A stretch of 64,000 nt of DNA from the human T2T-CHM13v2.0 reference genome, Homo sapiens, in assembly GCF_009914755.1 (NCBI RefSeq), contig NC_060928.1. One strand, written 5' to 3'. Under the pieces are notes generated by a model. It did no database searches. It saw nothing but the letters and a program-made list of their open reading frames with translations, and was not told where the DNA came from. Positions 55,288-64,000 of the stretch are shown here, one piece after another. A program made the position numbers and the translations under genes. Positions within the stretch are counted from its first letter, which is position 1; each line of letters starts with the position of its first letter.

Positions 55288-55590
55288 CCAAAGCAGACCT
55301 CCAGGGACACACAGGAGCACGGTATGGCCAAGTGAAGGTACCCACCAGGGATTATGTGCCCACTCATCTCTCACAGCAACTGGGATCATGGCAGAGTTCT
55401 CTCTTAAATTCAAGCTCTATGAATTTTTGTTTTGACCTCTCTGACTTTATTTGAGCAATTTTAGTGGAGTGGATCTGGGATGTGATTGGATCTAAGTAAC
55501 TGAATTGGATCCAGTCAGAGGCTTGAGGTCAGTATCTTTTGAAAATAGGTTTCTCCAAATTAAAAAAAAAAAAAAAAAGTCTGGGATTCC

Positions 55591-55864
55591 AGCCAGGCAC
55601 TCATGCCTGTAATCCCAGCACTTTGGGAGGCTGAGGCATGCAGATCACCTGAGGTTAGGAGTTCGAGACCAGCCTGCCCAATATGGTGAAACCATATCTC
55701 TACTAAAATTATAAAAATTAGCCAGGCATGGTGGCAGGCGACTTTAATCCCAGCTACCTGGGAGGCTAAGGCAGGAGAATCACTTGAACCCAGGAGGCAG
55801 AGGTTGCAGTGAGCCTAGATTGTGCCACTACACTTCAGCCTAGGTGACAGTGCAAAACTCCCTC

Positions 55865-55895
<31 letters not shown>

Positions 55896-55897
55896 AG
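55591..55897 (+). mobile_element. AluS inside the provirus
   Basis: TSD AAAAGTCTGGGATTCCA. Confidence 0.95.
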
Positions 55898-57254
55898 AAA
55901 AGTCTGGGATTCCAAGAATCTGGGACTCCACTTTTTGGTACGCCAGCTAACTTTATGCACAAAAATTATGGGCCTAGAACCTGTGAGTTTTTGAAAAAAA
56001 TGTCCCTTACTAGGACAACTTAGAATTATAGTTGTTACAATGGGGAAATTTTAACATACATAAAATTGTTCATTTGCAGGGGCATTAAAAAAAGAATCCA
56101 AAATGCCACAAAGCAATGGGATATATTTTTAAATTGGTATGTACAGGCATCTAAAGCAGCAAATAAAGCAAAGATTGCCTCTTTATAAGGTTGCTTACAG
56201 AAAACAAATGAAAAAAATCTTAAATATCTTTTTCACAAATACTATTTAAAAGCTTTACCCATGGGGGCAGGAAATCTTATTCTATTGGCCAGGAAAACAA
56301 TTCTGGTTCAGATATTTTTTAATAAATTACTGAGTTTTATATTATTGTGCACCTGGCAAATGGCTAAAAATTTTAAATGAAAGCTATAGAAGATCTGTAT
56401 CTGCTTATACGTTTATGGACAGATCTGTATGTATGACACATGTGTGATATTTTTGTATCTCCTTATGATATTGCCAAAATTGAATTGAAAAAGTGCTCTA
56501 TTTATTTGGGTTTTTCAAAAATAAGTGCTAATATAAATGAAGTATTCACTCAGAAAATTAAGAACTAAAATGCTTTTCAAATTCACATTACTTGGGTGAT
56601 CTTGGTAAATAAGAATCTTGTTGATTTCATTAAAACAGTCATGTCTTCAGAATTTTCAGCATTAAATATAATACAGGCACATAACTTTTCCTACCTAGGT
56701 TCACTGGTAAAATAAACTTATGTTACCTCTATATTGCAAAATATGTCAGCAAGAGAAATAACTTAGATGATGACTAGCTGCTTACTGTCTCATCTTTATA
56801 AACAATCTATGCATAATTGTTAAAAATAAGTGAGTTAAACAGATGTAAGATAAAATTTCCATGTAAAACAGTCCTTCCTATATTAGAAGGTCTTAACATT
56901 CTTATCAAGATGGAAAACTGAACTTGAGGGAAATCTGTACAAACCACAATTTAATTCTTAGGCCTAGCATTAAAAAAAGAAAACCTAGGAGGCTAGAGAT
57001 GAAATTTTGTCTCCTCTACAGTTTCTTATTACTGATACACTAAAGATATTTGTAATTGTTACAAACATGTTCTAGGCGACACTGATGAATTGTACTATAA
57101 GAAAGCATATGCTTCTAGAAGTAATGATTGATGGATTTGCCAAGGTACAGATGAGTGATGTGGCAGTTCCATGGGTGATGTGACAGTTCACAATTGCTTG
57201 CTTTGTAGTGTTCAGTGGCAGTTAAGGTCACTAAGGATTAAGAATTCTAATTGT

Positions 57255-57554
<300 letters not shown>

Positions 57555-59139
57555 TTAATATATTTTATTTAATATATAGAATTATTAGAAATAGAGAAAA
57601 ACTCTATATGCAAGTGTATCAGGAAGTTAAGATGTGCTCTGGTTAAGAAAAAGTTATAAGGTATGAGAATTTTTTTGTTAAGGGAAAAAAAGAGTAACTT
57701 TTGTCCTCAAATAGAATGACTGGTTGTTCCAAAATGTGAAGAGGAAAAGTACAGGACAAAAACTGAACAGATAAGGAAGTTGTAGAAGTTTTCTGGAAGA
57801 TGAATCTTATAAATGGAGTTTTATGTGTGATTAAGCTGGCTAATATTAGAAGAAAATTATTTGAGTTTCTCCAAAAGTTGAGCATTAATATCAAAAGTAC
57901 ACTGATGCAAAACTAGAATGTAGTCCTCTCTGTTAAAACAATAAGGTTTTCTTGAATTGTTGGCCTGCTCTTGATAGGAAATTATGAAAAGTTTTTCTTT
58001 ACTTTTTATATAATTGGCCTAGGAAGCAAAGATTCTGTATTTTACCAAGATAATTTCCTGTGCTTCATGTTGCCTTTATTGGGTTTTTGATCACTTATGA
58101 AAACTGAGCCCGCTTTATTAAAAAATGTAATTTACAACTCTGCAACTCTCTGTATTTGCCTTTGAAGTCTTTAAATTACCACTCTGATTAAATGAATGAT
58201 TATTGTTCACAGTGACTTGTGATCCTTTTTTGATCAAATGTTTTAAACCTTTGATATTTTTTATAAACTTTCCAAAATAAAATTCTAAATTAAGTCTTTT
58301 CTTGAAATTGAATTAACTTTGAGATTTTCCATATGCACCTTCAGAATATCTCAAAAGGATATCTCTTGTTATAGAAAGAGACATATTAAAGTAATTGGAC
58401 TGATCTGATATATTAAATTATATGGAAAGGATTATAAAATAATAAATAATACTACTTTTTTTGAATTATATTTGTATAGAATGTGTTAATATGTATTTCA
58501 GAAATTGTGTAAAATTCATAGAAATCTAATAGTTCTGCTATAAAGCTATCAGTCATAATTCTAGTAATTATCTTAAAATGTTGAATACAACAGAAGTAAC
58601 TGAGTTTCCTTGTCAATTGTGTCATTATTGTAATGAACTCTTCCCAGATCTTTAAAGTCATGGCCATTTTAAGTCTTGTCATTCACAGATAGTTAATTGT
58701 TTACTCTGATACTTTCTGAGAAACCATAAGCCTAAAGTGTACATCTTCAAGGAGATTTATGGAAAGAACTCTGAGAATTACAGGTTTCTCATAACTTTAA
58801 AATCACACCATTGGGTTGGGTAAGAATTCCCAGACTCTAATGAAGAAATTGACTGATTCATAAAACTGCTAACCTAATGTCACACAGAATAAAAATAATA
58901 CAAAGGAAATGACTTGGGCAGAATTTCATGCTAATTAAGCCAGTACTGAAATTATTAAGATATACAACTTGAATGAACTATATAATATTGATCCAAGTCA
59001 AATTACATTTGATAAAACCTATTCAATAAATAGTGCTATAAGCACCTGAATTGGGGAAACAAAGTTGGTATTTAAGAGAATTAAATCCAATGTTAAGCCT
59101 GGATGCATGAAGAACCTGGATGGCTGCCTGGTTCTTCTG

Positions 59140-60050
59140 GAGTCTTAAATCTTCCAATATTAAAAGCTCTGCACTCCATGACTCATTATGGAGGAGATAA
59201 AATGATTCAAATTATGAAAAAAGATTGGTGGGGTGACTGTTATAAAATTGCTAAAATAGTTTATAACCAATGTCTGGTTTGTCAAACCCATAATTGTGGT
59301 AAGACAATAAAAACTTCAGGTGATACATTTCCTGAACACCTACAAATGGCTTTCATTCAATTTCCACTTTAAATGCATGTTTTCTGGTTGTATAGAAGAT
59401 TTCCAATGCAGGAAGGCCAATGATATAACAATAGCTAAAAGGTTATTGGAAAATATGTTTCCCTTATGGGGCATTGCCGGAGAAATTTCTAGCAACAGAG
59501 AGGTATGCATTTCACTGGACATGCTGTAAAACAGTTAAACAGGTATTATAAACACAATAGCTTAGGAAAAGCTAACTGAATTGATTGGATTGCCTTGGTC
59601 AAAGGTATTACTGATTGATGGCAATAAGATCCATTCCCACTGTAAAACATAAATTGACCCCTCATAAAATAGTTACTGGAAGGCTTATGCCCCTAATAAT
59701 AAAGTCTCATGTATCTTCCCCTCTTATAAACCCTGACATGACTTAATAGTGCAAGCCTTGAATGCATTCTGCCAAAGCATATTTTTACCAAGTGAAAGAA
59801 GTCCTTCATGACCCACCAACTGATGACAACCAAGTGTTTCATAATATAGAACCTGGAGGTGGGGGTCTTTTGGAAATAACTCCAGAGAAAGACATTACTT
59901 GAACTCGGTTGAAAGGGACCATACCAAGTTCTTCTCTGCAGCAAACTTCAAGGCCTTGAATCTTGGATCTGCATTTCTCAACACAAAAGAGGTCCTGTAG
60001 ACTTCTGGAACTATAAACTTGTTGGAGACCTTGAAATAAAGCTGATCAGG
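59140..60050 (+). pseudogene. ERV integrase remnant
   Basis: HHCC zinc finger (LHSMTH…CLVC), decayed core HLQMAF…FSGCIEDF…WGIAGEISSNR, and a KGPYQV motif at ~59912. Confidence 0.88.
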
Positions 60051-60389
60051 GAAGTTTTTCCCTAGAAGCATATGGCATCCTATATGTAGACAGCTTTCCT
60101 AATATTGCAGATCAAGAGTTCTTTGCTATCATGAAAGCCTTCTCTTTTTTTCCTTTTTTCTCTATTTCCTGCAATACTAATTCCTTCCCTTTCTTTAGGA
60201 AAACCCTAAATAATGCCAGACTTTTTTGAATTATATATGTAAGGATATGTTATTAATATGTATTTCAGAACTTGTAAGAAATTAATAGAAATCTAATAGT
60301 CCTGGTATAAGGCTATTAATCGTAATTCTAGTTGTTATCTCAAAATGTTGTATGCAACAGAAATAACTGAATTTCCTTGTCAATTTGGG

Positions 60390-62060
60390 ATGATACTCTG
60401 TGGATGGCTTTGGCAAAGTCTTATGGTCTCCAAGAAACCAGAGTAACTGTTGGGTTTATGAGCTAATGCGCAAAAATCTGGAAACAATTTCATTAACGCT
60501 AATGCCTGTGTTCCTAATGAGAGTCACCCTGCAACCCCAAGGAAAGAGAGGAAGGTTATCTTTGATATGCTACACATCACTGCTACCTGCCTTCCTATAC
60601 TTGCTGAAAATAGTATCTTGATCTTTCCAGTTAATAACCAAACTGTTACCAAATATAAAAAATCTGGATAGAGGGGATTGGTCAATGGGTGCAAAGTTAC
60701 AGTTAGACAGGAAGAATAAAAGCTGCTATTCTATTACACAGTAGAATGACTACAGCTAATAATAATGTATTGTATATTTCAAGATAGCTAGAAGAGATGA
60801 TTTTGAATGTTATCCCCAAAAAGAAATGATAAATGCTTAAAGTGACATATTATTTAATAATTATCCTGATTTGATCATTGTTCAACATATACATGCATTG
60901 AGACATCACACTGTACCCCATAAATATGTACAATTATTATTTGTCAATTGTACATAAAAGTAAAAAAAAAAAACTATCAGAATGATGCCTGCAAAAGGTA
61001 TCTTGTGCTTCCGGGCATTGCATACTTAAGACGTTGGGGACTACCTATGTGGGTACAAATAATTGCTTGTGTGATTTCACTGGATTAAATCTAGCAAAGT
61101 CTTTTTACTAGATCCAGTGGTTTGCACCCTTACAACATGCTATATAGGGACCACAGAAGAGTAAGTTCACCACTGGATTTTATTCAGGAGCTATGCCAAC
61201 TTGTGGGTGGACAAATTTAACTGACCTCGGCTCAAACACCACTAAGTGGCCCTCTTTTCAAGCCCCCAAGGGCCTACATTGGGTTGGTGGATAATCTGAC
61301 CTGCCTTCTCTGTTGTTTCCTCACTGGTTCAGATCTTGCTATTTGGCCTGGCTCGCTCCTACATCCCAATAGCCTTCCCTGAAAGTTCCCATAATACCTT
61401 TCATAATCAGAGGTTAAAGCAGTCAATAACCAAAGTAAGCACCAACCTAAAAATAAATGAAGACAAGTTAGTTTCTACTGAGGAAAGGTTCCAATGGAGG
61501 TGCTGGAACTCACTCTTGGCATTAGCAGGGTGCCTGTTGTATGGAATTTGAAACTAATCTATAAATTGGGGAAAATCTTGAATTTGTAGCCAGTCAGACC
61601 TCCTAGGGGTTCACATGGTAGAAGCTACTCAAATATTCTCAGTGGATCAAAACATTTGTGTTCAACAAACACACTTCATGGAACATTACACAACTTTGGA
61701 TCTCCTCTTTGCTCATGCTGGGGGCTCTTGCATGGTGCTGAATAAAACTGAATGTTGCACTTATTTTTCCTCTAATTTTACTACTATAGAAAACTTAATT
61801 TAAAAGGTGGCAGATACTGCTGTTTCTCTAAACACTGCCACTGAATATATTAAGGAAACTTCTCAGGGGAAAGGAACACATGATACATTTATGGGAGCAG
61901 CTAATGGTTGGTTTGTAGGCATCCTGAGTAGTGAAAGGCAAGCTAGGCTATTCCAAACTTTTCTAATCTTTATGCTTCTTTAGTGGCTCTCCAGGTTATT
62001 ATAACTTGTGTTACCAGGCTAATTACAAAAATGGATACCTCTTTAAATCAGGCCATAAGG
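60390..62060 (+). pseudogene. ERV env remnant
   Basis: NQSNCWV N-terminal motif; furin-like RLKQ at ~61410; ISD-like LDLLFAHAGGSCMVLNKTECC at 61700-61760; hydrophobic anchor at ~61950-62015. Confidence 0.85.
60666..60972 (+). mobile_element. L1MA 3' end inserted in env
   Basis: caaagttacagttagacagga...ttgtatatttcaagatagctagaagag...cactgtaccccataaatatgtacaattatt, followed by an A tail. Confidence 0.88.
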
Positions 62061-62092
62061 CTGAATCAGGTCATTCAGTGAACTATGGTCCT

Positions 62093-62678
62093 TGTAAAAA
62101 GTAAAGTAGAGGTTCCTTTTCAAAGACTTTCCTCCTCATCTGATTAGGAATAAATAGTAACCTCTCTTAGAAGCAAAATTTATTCAAAGACCTGTTAACA
62201 TTCTTAAATATCTGCTAGCTGTAATAAAGAAATCAATGTACTTTATGTTCTTAGCTCCCACAATTTAGCCTAAATATTTGCCCTGGCATGCTTATACTGG
62301 TCCAAGTGGGCATTAGGTCATAGCCTGTTCCTCTTCCTTATTTAGAGGTGTTTTTCCCTTCTCAGCATTCCACAAGTTACTTCCTCCTTCCTTTGTTCTC
62401 CTCTGCCTTTGCCTCTTTTAAGAATTTCTAAGTTGCTAGCCAATCAAGACAAATACAGAATGTGAAGTCCCGTTCTAGCCAATGGAAACCAGTCACAACA
62501 GTAAGGTGGACGGGTCAGGTTATAAATGACCCTGCCTCCTTTGTTCGGTGTACTCTTGTGGCAAAACTGCTGGCGAGTGTACTCTTTCCGCAGAAAGTAA
62601 AAATGGCCTTGCTAAAGAAATTAGTTTTATGTTCAAGTGCTATTTCTTTACGGCACCAAGAAATAAGCATTTCTAGCA
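62093..62678 (+). mobile_element. LTR10-family (HERV-I) solo LTR inserted in the provirus
   Basis: TG…CA ends; perfect 5-bp TSD GTCCT at 62088-92 and 62679-83; starts TGTAAAAAGTAAAGTAGAGGTTCC. Confidence 0.85.
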
Positions 62679-63479
62679 GTCCTTAACCGCCATAATGCCC
62701 TAAATTAGACCATGACCAATTGGACTCAAATACTTTGAACTATCTTTATTGCCTGAACTTTGAATTGTTTAATTTTGATCAGTTCAGTTTGTGGAGACTC
62801 CTGTTAAGGTGTGTACCTCAGTTTATTGCTATACTCCTTCTCGTGGCCATAATAGTCTCCCTGATGTGTTGTTTCCCCTCGAGAGTCTTCAATGTCTCTA
62901 TGCAGCCATCCTTTGTACACCAAATGGTGTTATTACAGTTAGAATAACAACATGAAGAAAGTATAATCACTCAACTAATTTGACATTGTGACTTCCATAC
63001 TGAGACAAAACAAGGTTCTGGTCAATCTCGTAAAACTGAGAGGCTGACCCAAAGGAGGAAACTGTTATTAAATTAAATCTGGCCTAAAGTTGCCTCCCTA
63101 CCTAGCAAAGCATAATCAAACCTAATATGTAAATAAACTGCAATGTAATTTGAGAGTACGTTCTTCTAACAAGTGGCCAAGTCTTGGCCAATCACCGCAG
63201 CGGAGCTTTTAGCCCATTACAGGCTGCAAAAAATATTGTCTATAAACGCGGCTTGCCCACTGTTAGGGGCTGGAGCTCTCTGAACCTTTACTGGCTCAGG
63301 ATACTACATGATTCATGCTTTCTTTGCTCAGATAAACTCTGCTAAACTTGTTTGAAGTTTTTTTTGTTAACAATATTTAAACATAAAGCAAATAAATTAA
63401 TAAGAATCCTATATCACTAAGTTACAGTAATTAGAAAGTATTCACCTGAGTGAGAAGATTGGCCAAGCTGCTATCCAGT

Positions 63480-64000
63480 CTTCCATTATTTGACAAGACA
63501 TTTCTTTCCTATGCTTTCTAATAGTATTCGTTATTCCAGAAAGGTTGCTCTATGACCTTAAACCGTCCACATGTTCACTGCACTGATAGACGTCCAACGT
63601 CAAGATGGGTAACTAAAGGTCAACTCTCTCTTTACCTTCCCTGAGCCTGATTTTTGCATTGTAACTCATGGTCACTAGACATTTGTTTTGGGTGTTCGCA
63701 GTCTACATTTATTTCCCTTTTAGGGGAAACAATCACTGTCCACGGGATTAAAATAATCCCGAGTTGATTATTTGGTGACATCAACCAACGGTGCACATTT
63801 TGGGTCCATTACCAACACAGCCAAGCAGCACATATTTCTTCAGAGCCTAGATATGCACATGTCATCAAAGGATAGCATTTTACAGAGTCAACACCACTCA
63901 CTTCATAGAACAAGGGGCCAGTGGCTTTTCAGAAGAAGGGTCTGTTCTCGGCCCCACACCAGAACGCCAGCCGCCAGGTCCCGCTGCTCAGCAGGTCTCA
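63480..64000 (+). promoter_or_regulatory. Probable upstream promoter region of the next gene (HADH by recalled synteny)
   Basis: Unique DNA with rising GC/CpG at the window end and two TNAAGGTCA motifs. The identity is inferred from recalled gene order at 4q25, not from coding sequence. Confidence 0.5.

Noticed and set aside
62284-62303. p53 response element in the LTR10-family LTR (also a half-site AGACATGTTT at 41340-41349)
   Set aside because: Only one acceptable half-site in each case; the adjacent decamer departs from RRRCWWGYYY.
63900-64000. HADH exon/CDS
   Set aside because: No HADH coding sequence is visible; the window ends before any recognisable start codon.

Overview
Human (or great-ape) genomic DNA containing the complete five-exon CYP2U1 gene on the + strand. 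The CDS is join(5930..6419,19295..19930,21701..21862,23674..23841,24569..24747), 1635 nt, 544 aa. It has a CpG-island promoter and a ~3 kb 3'UTR. A repeat-dense intergenic stretch follows: a full-length L1PA nested in an old L1MA, many Alus, MaLR/ERV1 solo LTRs, and a two-LTR MER57-type provirus with gag/IN/env remnants. The window ends as GC content rises, probably into the promoter of the next gene (HADH, from recalled synteny; no HADH coding sequence is present). Almost all other ORFs in the track are Alu/L1/ERV artefacts. I found no new protein-coding system. The most interesting signal is in CYP2U1 intron 3: a non-canonical GC donor, a strong decoy 'poison' acceptor 71 nt upstream of the real one, and a perfect 16-nt inverted complement that could loop out ~1.5 kb including that decoy. 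Other notable items are an unidentified ~290-bp processed-mRNA insertion in intron 1, a 182-bp templated local duplication with one-directional substitutions, and a possible stop-free exon 2-3 circRNA. Repeat subfamily names are recognised from memory and repeat boundaries are approximate unless a target-site duplication (TSD) is quoted.
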